NCBI GenBank assembly: GCA_030038645.1
Contig: JASHSR010000110.1
Span: 1 to 39,657, forward strand
Length of the DNA stretch: 39,657 nt
Direction of reading: 5' to 3'
From: Gammaproteobacteria bacterium
GTDB lineage: Bacteria > Pseudomonadota > Gammaproteobacteria > Steroidobacterales > Steroidobacteraceae
The notes beneath the pieces were generated by a model. The model ran no database searches, was not told the origin of the DNA, and saw only the letters and a program-made list of their open reading frames with translations. Numbering within the stretch: position 1 is the first letter of the stretch; every line of letters begins with the position of its first letter. Both the position numbers and the translations under genes were made by a program. Shown here one piece after another: positions 1-7,454 of the stretch.

Positions 1-49
1 CGCCCTTTAAGCGATGAGACTGCGGGTTCAAGTCCTGCCGCCGGCACCA
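1..49 (+). tRNA. tRNA-Lys(UUU), 3' part only (truncated by window edge)
   Basis: CGC/GCG stem around 7-nt loop CCTTTAA (anticodon TTT at 6-8, C at position 33); T-arm GCGGG-TTCAAGT-CCTGC (22-38); acceptor 3' strand CGCCGGC, then A-CCA. Confidence 0.75.
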
Positions 50-58
50 CATGAATTT

Positions 59-146
59 GGAGAACAAAGCGGGCAGGGCTCGCACGCGATTGCTAATCGC
101 AGGGAACCGGAAACGGTTTGAGTTTCGAGTACTCTGTTCTCCGCCA
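59..146 (+). tRNA. tRNA-Ser(GCU) with 8/4 acceptor/T-stem fold
   Basis: GGAGAACA(59-66)/TGTTCTCC(135-142) 8 bp; D-arm GCGGGC-AGG-GCTCGC; anticodon loop TTGCTAA; variable arm AACCG-GAAA-CGGTT; T-arm GAGT-TTCGAGT-ACTC 4 bp; G73-CCA. Confidence 0.9.
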
Positions 147-153
147 ATCTTCT

Positions 154-242
154 GGATGGTGAAGCGCACAGGGTGCGCCGCCGGCCTGAGCCCGGACGGT
201 ACCGGCAACGGCATGTGGATCGTGTCCGACCGCCATCCGCCA
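154..242 (+). tRNA. tRNA-Ser(UGA), 8/4-type, degenerate (possible pseudo-tRNA)
   Basis: GGATGGTG/CGCCATCC 8 bp; D-arm GCGCAC-AGG-GTGCGC; CCGG/CCGG around loop CCTGAGC (C33, G37); variable arm CCG-GCAA-CGG; irregular T-arm GTGG-ATCGTGT-CCGAC; G73-CCA. Confidence 0.7.
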
Positions 243-246
243 TTTT

Positions 247-334
247 GGAAGGTGAAGCCGTCAGGGTGCGGTCGCCGGCTCGAACCCGGTTGGTGCCTTC
301 GGGCATGGCTTTCGAGTAGTCCCGCCTTCCGCCA
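247..334 (+). tRNA. tRNA-Ser(CGA), 8/4-type
   Basis: GGAAGGTG/CGCCTTCC 8 bp; anticodon arm GCCGG-CTCGAAC-CCGGT; variable arm TGCC-TTCG-GGCA; T-arm GGCT-TTCGAGT-AGTC plus one extra C; G73-CCA. Confidence 0.85.
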
Positions 335-338
335 TCTT

Positions 339-427
339 GGAGCGTAAACCGGTCAAGGTGCCGGGACCGGTTGGAAGCCGGATCGTGTCAGCGAAGGGGC
401 CTGTCTCGCTCGCAGTGCGCTCCACCA
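339..427 (+). tRNA. tRNA-Ser(GGA), 8/4-type, degenerate T-loop
   Basis: GGAGCGTA/TGCGCTCC 8 bp; D-arm CCGGT...GCCGG; CCGG-TTGGAAG-CCGG anticodon arm; long variable region; T-arm CTGT-CTCGCTC-GCAG lacking TTC; A73-CCA. Confidence 0.7.
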
Positions 428-433
428 CTTTAT

Positions 434-504
434 GGGTCGCCCTCTGGGAGGTGCGAGGTCTCCAAAGCCTTGCTGGGTGCGTTCGATTCGTACGCGACCT
501 GCCA
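434..504 (+). tRNA. tRNA-Trp(CCA), compact non-canonical fold
   Basis: GGGTCGC/GCGACCT acceptor; mini D-arm CCTC-TGG-GAGG; extended anticodon stem GCGAGGT-CTCCAAA-GCCTTGC; 3-nt variable loop; T-arm GTGCG-TTCGATT-CGTAC; G73-CCA; 71 nt. Confidence 0.85.
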
Positions 505-509
505 ATTAC

Positions 510-585
510 TCAGGTGTGGGTTGCCGGTATCCCACTGCGGCTCTGAACCGCAGCCACGCAGGTCCGACTCCTGCCGCCTGATCCA
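510..585 (+). tRNA. tRNA-Gln(CUG)
   Basis: TCAGGTG/CGCCTGA acceptor (U1-A72); anticodon arm TGCGG-CTCTGAA-CCGCA; T-arm GCAGG-TCCGACT-CCTGC; U73-CCA. Confidence 0.85.
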
Positions 586-587
586 AT

Positions 588-666
588 ACACGAGCCGTGG
601 GTTGCCGGCATCCCCGTTGGGCTTTGAACCCAAAGCACGCAGGTTCGACTCCTGCCTCGTGTTCCA
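588..666 (+). tRNA. tRNA-Gln(UUG)
   Basis: ACACGAG/CTCGTGT acceptor (A1-U72); anticodon arm TTGGG-CTTTGAA-CCCAA; T-arm GCAGG-TTCGACT-CCTGC; U73-CCA; 3 extra nt between acceptor and D-arm relative to the neighbouring Gln tRNA. Confidence 0.88.
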
Positions 667-822
667 TTTCGCCGCGGAAACGCGAGTCGCGACGCTTCCG
701 GGAACCGGTCGGGAGCGAGGCGGCCATGATGGGCCGCGCGCGGAGAGCGCTGGGCCCCGTAAGCTGCCATTCCGTAGATCGACCGAGCGCGCGGGGATCG
801 CGGGCGCGTCGTTCATTACCCC

Positions 823-876
823 GTCGGATTCTCCAAAGAATCTGTCGGACTTTCGAAGTCGTGACAATGCTAATCT
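823..876 (+). promoter_or_regulatory. Putative AraC-activated promoter of the VOC gene
   Basis: GTCGGA direct repeats at 823 and 844 (21-bp period) followed by extended -10-like TGCTAATCT ending at 876. Confidence 0.5.
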
Positions 877-903
877 TCGCGAACCAGCCGAGGGGATCGA
901 GGG

Positions 904-1299
904 ATGGCTAACCACATCGCGCACTTCGAGATTTTCGCAAGCGACGTCGAGCGGGCTCGCAGATTCTATGAGAAAGTTTTCGCGTGGCGATTCGAGGTCG
1001 GCGGTCCGCCCGAGTTTTATCATATCTTCACCGGCCCTGCGGTCGAGCACGGCATCTCACGTGGCCTGATCGCGAAACGCCAAGGGCCCGTGGCGCAGGG
1101 CGGCATCAACGGCTTTCGCTGCACCATCAGCGTGAGCTCGATAAAGGAAACGGCGACGGCAATCGAGGCGGCCGGCGGCAAGCTGCGTTCGGCCATTGTC
1201 GATGTTCCCGGTGTGGGCAAAGTCGTTGAGTTCGCCGATCCCGAGGGCAACATCGCATGCGCGATGCAGTACGAATCGGGCTTCCGATTCACCGAGTAG
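904..1299 (+). CDS. VOC/glyoxalase family protein
   Basis: HFEI...FY..VF.W at N-terminus and DPEGN at C-terminus; 131 aa; purine-rich RBS. Confidence 0.9.
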   Translation: MANHIAHFEIFASDVERARRFYEKVFAWRFEVGGPPEFYHIFTGPAVEHGISRGLIAKRQGPVAQGGINGFRCTISVSSIKETATAIEAAGGKLRSAIVDVPGVGKVVEFADPEGNIACAMQYESGFRFTE

Positions 1300-1323
1300 C
1301 CGAAACTGGGGCCGGGAGCATCA

Positions 1324-2058
1324 GTGGGCTCTATCGAATCGCTCAGATCGTATGTGGAGGGTTACCCGGACGGTGGCCGCATCCCTCGACATGCCCACGA
1401 TTGGGATCAGCTCGCCCTCATCGCCGAATCGGCTGCCATCGTGGAGACCGACGATGTCTACGTCGTACATCCGCTGTTCCGGGGATTGTGGATACCCGCT
1501 GGAGTTCAGCATTCGATCTACTCGCCGCGGCGCTTTTATCTGCACACTCTTTACTTCGAGCCGGGCAGCCTACGCACGGACACGCATCCGCAGGTGCTGA
1601 GTCTCGACAATCTCGCCCGTGAGCTCATCCTGTTCCTCTGTACTGCGCCGCGGCCTTCTCAGCGCGGTGCGAGGCACGCGCACGCGTTGGCATTGCTCGA
1701 AGAGGTTCTGCCTGAGGCTCGCCCGGAGTCATTCTCACTGCCGCGACCCCGGCACGAACGAGCGCGTCAACTCGCCGACTACTTTGCCTCACGACCGGAC
1801 GATGGGCGCTCCGTCGAGATCGTCGCGGCGGAGATTGGCGGCGCGAGTCTGCGGACGTTCGAGCGTCTCTTTGCAGAGGAGACCGGACTGAGCTTGGCGG
1901 CGTGGCGTCGCCACAGTCGGTTGCTCACGTCGCTCTCGCTGCTGGCCGAGGGCAGGAGCGTCGGGGACGTGGCGCATGCCGTTGGCTACGAGAGTGCGGC
2001 GGCCTTCAGCACGGCTTTCAAGCAATGCTTTGGTGTTTCACCGTCGACATACAGCTGA
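1324..2058 (+). CDS. AraC family transcriptional regulator with cupin-like N-terminus
   Basis: HAHDWDQL and WIPAGVQH cupin motifs; C-terminal HTH SLRTFERLF...VGYESAAAFSTAFKQCFGVSP. Confidence 0.92.
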   Translation: MGSIESLRSYVEGYPDGGRIPRHAHDWDQLALIAESAAIVETDDVYVVHPLFRGLWIPAGVQHSIYSPRRFYLHTLYFEPGSLRTDTHPQVLSLDNLARELILFLCTAPRPSQRGARHAHALALLEEVLPEARPESFSLPRPRHERARQLADYFASRPDDGRSVEIVAAEIGGASLRTFERLFAEETGLSLAAWRRHSRLLTSLSLLAEGRSVGDVAHAVGYESAAAFSTAFKQCFGVSPSTYS

Positions 2059-2173
2059 AGTGTAGTGTCGCGGAATCGCGGGGCGTATACGAACGACATG
2101 TCGCGCCCGGGATCTTGAGGCGAGGTCGGCCCATGGGTGGTGCCATGCGATCTGCGTTTGGCTGCATGCGCGC

Positions 2174-2225
2174 TTGACTCCACCGTTTATATATGTAAAC
2201 TATCGCGACGTTTATTACCGTAAAC
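2174..2225 (+). promoter_or_regulatory. Sigma-70-like promoter with two BlaI-type palindromic operators
   Basis: TTGACT(2174-2179)-16 bp-TAAACT(2196-2201); palindromes GTTTA-N6-TAAAC at 2185-2200 and 2210-2225. Confidence 0.75.
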
Positions 2226-2237
2226 GATCGTTCCTCC

Positions 2238-2627
2238 ATGCACCGAGAATCTTCTCCTCCGTCGATCACCGAGGCCGAATCCGCCATCATGGAAGTTCTT
2301 TGGCGACGTAGCCCACTGCCGACGGAAGCGGTTGTGGCCGCGCTCCGCGGCGAGCAGCCGTGGCAGGAGGGCACCATCAAGGCGCTTCTGAACCGCCTAC
2401 TTCGCAAGAGAGCCGTTCGCGCCGAGAGAGACGGGCGGCGGTTTCTGTATTCGCCACTCGTCAGTCGCGACGAGTGGTTATTGACCGAAAGCAGGGGGCT
2501 ATTGGATCGCCTGTTCTCAGGGCGTGTGGCGCCGCTCGCGGCACACTTTAGCCGCCACGGTAAGCTCACCAAGCGCGATATCGCCGATCTGAGACGCCTT
2601 CTCGCGGAGCTCGACGATGACAAATGA
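2238..2627 (+). CDS. BlaI/MecI/CopY family transcriptional repressor
   Basis: ITEAESAIMEVLW, TIKALLNRL, FLYSPLVSR, LLDRLFSG motifs; overlaps the M56 gene. Confidence 0.93.
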   Translation: MHRESSPPSITEAESAIMEVLWRRSPLPTEAVVAALRGEQPWQEGTIKALLNRLLRKRAVRAERDGRRFLYSPLVSRDEWLLTESRGLLDRLFSGRVAPLAAHFSRHGKLTKRDIADLRRLLAELDDDK

Positions 2628-3930
2628 GCTCATGAGGCATCTGTTCTCACTGACGCTCGGCACGAGCTTGGGCATCGTCGCGGCCTTGCTTCTGCGCCGA
2701 GGTGCACGGCTCGCGTTCGGCCCCGCTGCATCCTATTCCATGTGGCTGTTCGTGCCTGTCGCCATGGCGGCCGTGTTTGTGCCGTACGTGCGCGATACAG
2801 GCTCGGCGCTCGGAGTCACCCTGGAGCTCCAATCGGTTTCCGCGCTTCGCCAAGTGTTCGACATATCCGCAGGACCCTCGAATGGCGCCGGATCGCCACT
2901 TGATTGGCCGGCGTGGGCCCTCGGCGCGTGGGGTGCCGGGGCCGTGCTCTTTGCTTTATATCTCGGCGGCTTGCAGCACGCATTCATCAGGAGCCTAGGG
3001 GCGCTGTCGGGCTCACGGTCCGTCCTTCGCGCAGAAAGCTCCGCAGGCTGTCCCGCGTTGCTTGGTGTGCTGCGACCGAAGGTCATCCTGCCCGCCGACT
3101 TCCATCGGCGATACACACGACTGGAGCGGCTGCTGATCTTTGCACATGAGCGAACACATCTGCGCCGCGGCGATGCCGCCTGGAATGCTTTCGCGGCATT
3201 CCTGCGCTGTGTATTCTGGTTCAACCCTCTGGTCCATCTGGGCGCGAGCTGCTTTCGTGTCGATCAGGAGCTCGCATGCGACGCCGCCGTCCTGGAGAAA
3301 CATCCCGGTTCGCGCCGCAGCTACGCGAGCGCCATGCTGAAAACCCAACTGGCCGACGCAGCGTTGCCTATCGGCTGCCATTGGCGATCCGCCTACTACC
3401 TCAAGGAGCGTCTCCAGATGACTAAGAGACCCATGCCCGGTCGCATGCGCCGCATCTGCGGCCACGTGCTCGTCGCGGTGGCTTCGTTGGCGATCGGTTA
3501 CTCGGTGTGGGCTGCGCAACCGGCTGCGGCGGTGCCGACCGCGGCATCCGGAATCTCCGCGCCGACTACCTATTCACCCGCGGCGTTCGCCTCGTCGAGC
3601 TCGGTACGTGTCTATGGGACCGGGGTGACGGTCGAGAATACCGGCGGCTTGACGCAGGTCGTCGGCTCGAGATTACGTCTGGAATTAGAGCCGGGGACCC
3701 AGTTCCAATTCCATGCCGATCGCACGATAGTAATGCGGCCGGACGGGGCAAGAGTCCTTGAAGGACATGTTCGTATCGCCACACAAGCGGTTCGCACGAC
3801 AAGGTCAGGAGCTCACGTGCTCTCGAGACTCGTGCGGCCAGTAATCGCGACTGCCGAGAGAGCCGTGCTTACGCCGCGACAAGGCGGGGGATTTGTAGTG
3901 AGTATTGAGAATGGAAGCGTGCAGTTCTGA
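2617..3930 (+). CDS. M56 family (BlaR1-like) membrane metallopeptidase with beta-rich C-terminal domain
   Basis: N-terminal TM segments, HERTH zincin motif, WFNPLVH, DQELACD, LKERL; short C-terminal domain lacking penicillin-binding motifs. Confidence 0.9.
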   Translation: MTNELMRHLFSLTLGTSLGIVAALLLRRGARLAFGPAASYSMWLFVPVAMAAVFVPYVRDTGSALGVTLELQSVSALRQVFDISAGPSNGAGSPLDWPAWALGAWGAGAVLFALYLGGLQHAFIRSLGALSGSRSVLRAESSAGCPALLGVLRPKVILPADFHRRYTRLERLLIFAHERTHLRRGDAAWNAFAAFLRCVFWFNPLVHLGASCFRVDQELACDAAVLEKHPGSRRSYASAMLKTQLADAALPIGCHWRSAYYLKERLQMTKRPMPGRMRRICGHVLVAVASLAIGYSVWAAQPAAAVPTAASGISAPTTYSPAAFASSSSVRVYGTGVTVENTGGLTQVVGSRLRLELEPGTQFQFHADRTIVMRPDGARVLEGHVRIATQAVRTTRSGAHVLSRLVRPVIATAERAVLTPRQGGGFVVSIENGSVQF

Positions 3931-4045
3931 TTGCCCTGAAGTCCGTTGCGCGTCGCCTGCCGCTGTTGGTTGAGAGGGCGACTGCCACCGGCTTGTACCG
4001 ACGCCGTTAGTCGATCGAGGAATCCCCTGGGCGCGTACAGCTGGA

Positions 4046-5035
4046 TCAGCTTGTCTGTAGAGGTCCTGCCCCGCGGCGGCGCCACACCGAGGGTGGCACC
4101 CCCACCTGCTTCTTGAAGGCGCGACTGAACGCCGCCTCGGATTCGTACCCAATCTCTTCGGCGATCGATGCGATGTTCGCGCTCGCATCACTGAGAATCC
4201 GCGCCGCAATCTGCATTCGCCATTTGGCGAGATACTGTATCGGCGGCATCCCCAAAAGATCGGTGAAGCGCTCCGCCAGGACAGACCGCGACAAGCCGAC
4301 TCTCTTTCCCAGCTCCTCGATGGTCCAGCCATGCGCCGGATTGCCGTGCATCAGCGATAGCGCTCTGCCAACGAAAGGGTCGCGCAGGCCCGCCAACCAG
4401 CCCGCCTGCTCCGGCGGCATCGCCTCCAGATGTCGGCGCACCACTTCGATGAACATCAACTCGCTGAGTTTGGCGAGCACGCTCTCGCTGCCGGCGCGCC
4501 GGGCTGCCGATTCCGCTACGGCGACACGAATGAACCGAGCGAGCCAGTCTCCGGAGTCGTCCCGCGTAGCTCTTGCCTTCATCACCGCGGGCAGGTTCTC
4601 GAGCAGCGGATTGAACGGTCGCGCATCGCAGGCGAGGAAGCCACACACGAGCTTCGTTGTGGGCGCTCCCTCCCTGCCGTATTTGACGAAAAATGGCAAC
4701 GGACCGGCGCCCGCTTCCGCAATTGCCTCGCGTGTCGGCGGGTTGGCGCGCATACCGGGGCTGCTCGACATGACGTGTGGATCGCCATTGGTAATGACGA
4801 TGACCTCGCCGGCTTCGAGCGCGATCGGTTCCTTGCCAATGACGGTCGCGAAACATCGACCCACGGTGACGACATGGTAGGAGATAAGCCGCTCGCCACC
4901 CGGGAGTATCTTCGGCAGGATGAACTCTGGCGGCGGTTGCTCGACCACCCACGGCTCCGTCGCCGCGACGTCGAAGAACGTCGCGCCGGTCAGCCGCACG
5001 GTTCGCAGCAAATCAGACAGCGCATCGCTCGCCAT
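4046..5035 (-). CDS. AraC family regulator (cupin_6 + HTH)
   Basis: DALSDLL N-terminus, WTIEELGKRVGLSRS, GYESEAAFSRAFK; ATG at 5035 with GGAG RBS. Confidence 0.92.
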   Translation of the reverse strand: MASDALSDLLRTVRLTGATFFDVAATEPWVVEQPPPEFILPKILPGGERLISYHVVTVGRCFATVIGKEPIALEAGEVIVITNGDPHVMSSSPGMRANPPTREAIAEAGAGPLPFFVKYGREGAPTTKLVCGFLACDARPFNPLLENLPAVMKARATRDDSGDWLARFIRVAVAESAARRAGSESVLAKLSELMFIEVVRRHLEAMPPEQAGWLAGLRDPFVGRALSLMHGNPAHGWTIEELGKRVGLSRSVLAERFTDLLGMPPIQYLAKWRMQIAARILSDASANIASIAEEIGYESEAAFSRAFKKQVGVPPSVWRRRGAGPLQTS

Positions 5036-5197
5036 TTGGTCTCCGCTGGGCACTCAGGGGCAAAGATCGATCAGCCCCCGTCAAGGCAGAGCCGCATTCC
5101 GGACGCCGTATCAAGTCTCCAAGACGACCGAGCATACACGCTGGGCAGTGCGAAGTGTAAAACCCGCGGAGGCAATCCGAACGGGAGTCTTCACACA

Positions 5198-6013
5198 ATG
5201 AACCCGGGCACTATTGACCTTGATGCAATCAAGGCCCGACAGCACGGCGCGTGGAGTTCCGGCGATTATGCTGCTGTCGGCTGCACTTTACAGATCGTCG
5301 GCGAGACGCTTTGCGAGGCCGTCGATCTACGCTCCAATCAGCGGGTACTCGATGTCGCTGCCGGCAACGGAAATGCAACCCTGGCCGCCGCCCGTCGCTT
5401 CGCGGAGGTCGTATCGACGGACTACGTCGGATCGCTGCTGGAGCACGGGCGCAAGCGCGCCGAAGCGGACCGTTTGCCCGTCACGTTTCAGCAGGCAGAC
5501 GCCGAGCATCTGCCGTTTCCCGATGAGAGCTTCGATGTCGTGCTGTCCACATTTGGCGTCATGTTTACGCCGAATCAGGAGCAAGCGGCACGAGAGCTCA
5601 TACGCGTCTGCCGTCGAGGCGGCAAGATCGGGATGGCCAATTGGACGCCGGAAGGCTTCGTCGGCCGGCTGTTCAAGATCGTGGGCAAATACGTTCCACC
5701 TGCGCCGGGCGTGAAATCAGCCTTGCTATGGGGTACGAAGACCCATCTCGATGCGTTGTTCGGCGCGCAGGCGACGATCGCGGCGAAGAGCACGCATTTT
5801 ATTTTTCGCTACAAGTCGCCGGAGCATTGGATCGACTTCTTCCGCGCTCACTACGGACCGGTTCTGAAGGCCTTCGCGGCGCTCGACCCGGACGCAAGGG
5901 CAGGGCTCGAGGCCGATATTTACAACTTGCTTGATGAGCTCAACGTCGCGGAGGATGGAACGCTGGTCGTCCCGGGCGAGTATCTGGAAGTCGTTATGAC
6001 GAAGACGCGTTGA
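5198..6013 (+). CDS. Class I SAM-dependent methyltransferase
   Basis: VLDVAAGNG motif I, DAEHLPFPDESFDVVLSTFGVMF; ATG at 5198 after GGGAG; divergent from AraC gene. Confidence 0.92.
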   Translation: MNPGTIDLDAIKARQHGAWSSGDYAAVGCTLQIVGETLCEAVDLRSNQRVLDVAAGNGNATLAAARRFAEVVSTDYVGSLLEHGRKRAEADRLPVTFQQADAEHLPFPDESFDVVLSTFGVMFTPNQEQAARELIRVCRRGGKIGMANWTPEGFVGRLFKIVGKYVPPAPGVKSALLWGTKTHLDALFGAQATIAAKSTHFIFRYKSPEHWIDFFRAHYGPVLKAFAALDPDARAGLEADIYNLLDELNVAEDGTLVVPGEYLEVVMTKTR

Positions 6014-6032
6014 GCGAAGGATCGCGCTGTGA

Positions 6033-6057
6033 GCGGCTGGCTCAGCGCGCCAGCCGC
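6033..6057. terminator. GC-rich hairpin between convergent genes
   Basis: GCGGCTGGC-7 nt-GCCAGCCGC perfect 9-bp stem; no U-tract. Confidence 0.3.
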
Positions 6058-6179
6058 CCGGATGGGGCGAAGACTACCGGGCAACCGCGGAGGGCGCGGC
6101 GCCTCGCCAAACCGGATCGTTGCCGTTGCACTGAAAATGTCCGCAGCAGCTCCGTCGATGCCGGGCCGGCAGCCCCGCT

Positions 6180-7454
6180 TTACGCGACTTCGAGCGACGG
6201 CGGATTGAATGCATCAATCTCCTTCCAATCCTCACCGCGCGGATAGGCGAAGGAGATCGCGCGGATCTTGCCGAAGTCGACATCCTCTCCGGCGAAGGAG
6301 ATCTTGCCTTCGGCCTTGTACGCCTCGATGGCCCGCAGCAACATGCTCCGGGCCCGCAGGATCACCAGGTCGCACCTTCCCAGATGCTGCTTGCTGCGAT
6401 CGACGATCGGCCCCATCGACTCTTGGACGGCGAAATCTTCATAGGCGTTGCCTCGTCCGACGATCCCGCTCCAGTGGCCTCGTTTCATCGCCTCGCGATC
6501 CTGGTGCCACAGGTTGTCGCGGTTACCCATATCGGAGTTGAAGAAGTCGGGGTCGCCCGAATCGGAGCCGTAGATACCCGTGCGGTCGACGGGCATCGGC
6601 CCGTGAGCGTTGAAGCCGATGTACCACTGGGCCGTCCACTCATCGTCGATGGGGATGGAGCAGCACGCGAGCGCCGGCCCTCCGGGGGTCGCGGGGATGA
6701 ACGAGAAGAACGGCAGGGCGACCTCCCGGATGCGAGCATAGCAACGCCCGTTCGCCTGTTCGCGGAGCGCTCCTTCGCGGAAGCCATAAGGCTTGGCGAC
6801 AACCTCGAAAGTGGGCGCCGTGTTGTCGAGCATATAGTCGGATTCGACCTTGAAGACTTGCCGTCCGGCCGAGCTGCCGATATTGGAGGCATGCAGGAAG
6901 CTCACATGCGCGGAATCCAAGAGGGCCTCGAGCCCTTGCATCCAGTTGCAATGAATGATTCCGCGCCGGGGCGACACTTGATCGTCGGGCAAGCTCGTAA
7001 ACTCGAAGTCGGGGAACCTTGGCGGGCTCGCCTTGTTCTTGCCGAGATAGACCCAGACCAGCCCACCCGCCTCGTGAGTCGGATGGCTGCGCACGAGGAC
7101 GCCGGCGGCGAAGCGCTCGCGCCCGGCGCGCAGCTCGGTCGGCGCGTCGACGCACTTGCCGTCGACCGAGAACTTCCAGCCGTGAAAGATGCATCTCAGA
7201 CCGCCCGCCTCGTTCCTCGCGAGCGCGAGGCTGGCGCAGCGGTGCGGGCAGGCTTCCTGCATGAAACCGACGCGACCGTCGGTCGCGCGGAAAGCGACGA
7301 AGTTCTCGCCGAAGAGCCGTACTCGCTCGGGCGCGCCGTCGACCTCCAGCTTGGCCGAGCGGCAGGCCGGCACCCAGTACTCGCGCAGAAACTCGCCCAT
7401 CGGCGCGTCCGGCCCAACACGGGTCAGAAGCTCGTTGTGTTCGGGACTGAGCAT
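6180..7454 (-). CDS. Rieske non-haem iron oxygenase alpha subunit (phthalate dioxygenase/LigXa-like group)
   Basis: Rieske motif CPHR...CIFHGW; mononuclear Fe motif EALLDSAHVSFLH; EDFAVQESMG; ATG at 7454 with AGGAGG RBS. Confidence 0.92.
   Translation of the reverse strand: MLSPEHNELLTRVGPDAPMGEFLREYWVPACRSAKLEVDGAPERVRLFGENFVAFRATDGRVGFMQEACPHRCASLALARNEAGGLRCIFHGWKFSVDGKCVDAPTELRAGRERFAAGVLVRSHPTHEAGGLVWVYLGKNKASPPRFPDFEFTSLPDDQVSPRRGIIHCNWMQGLEALLDSAHVSFLHASNIGSSAGRQVFKVESDYMLDNTAPTFEVVAKPYGFREGALREQANGRCYARIREVALPFFSFIPATPGGPALACCSIPIDDEWTAQWYIGFNAHGPMPVDRTGIYGSDSGDPDFFNSDMGNRDNLWHQDREAMKRGHWSGIVGRGNAYEDFAVQESMGPIVDRSKQHLGRCDLVILRARSMLLRAIEAYKAEGKISFAGEDVDFGKIRAISFAYPRGEDWKEIDAFNPPSLEVA

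Noticed and set aside
1..15. Reading the first tRNA as an ochre suppressor (TTA)
   Set aside because: The CGC/GCG stem centres the 7-nt loop on TTT; the TTA register leaves no closing pair.
154..242. Possible tRNA-Sec or opal suppressor (long D-stem, long variable arm)
   Set aside because: The anticodon reads TGA (Ser, decoding UCA), not TCA, and the branch is 12 bp, not the 13 bp of bacterial tRNA-Sec.
59..666. CRISPR-like periodicity
   Set aside because: The recurring units are tRNA arms and CCA ends, not identical repeats with unique spacers, and no cas genes are present.
28..911. Short ORFs in the six-frame track over the first 900 bp
   Set aside because: They overlap well-formed tRNA genes and show no protein motifs.
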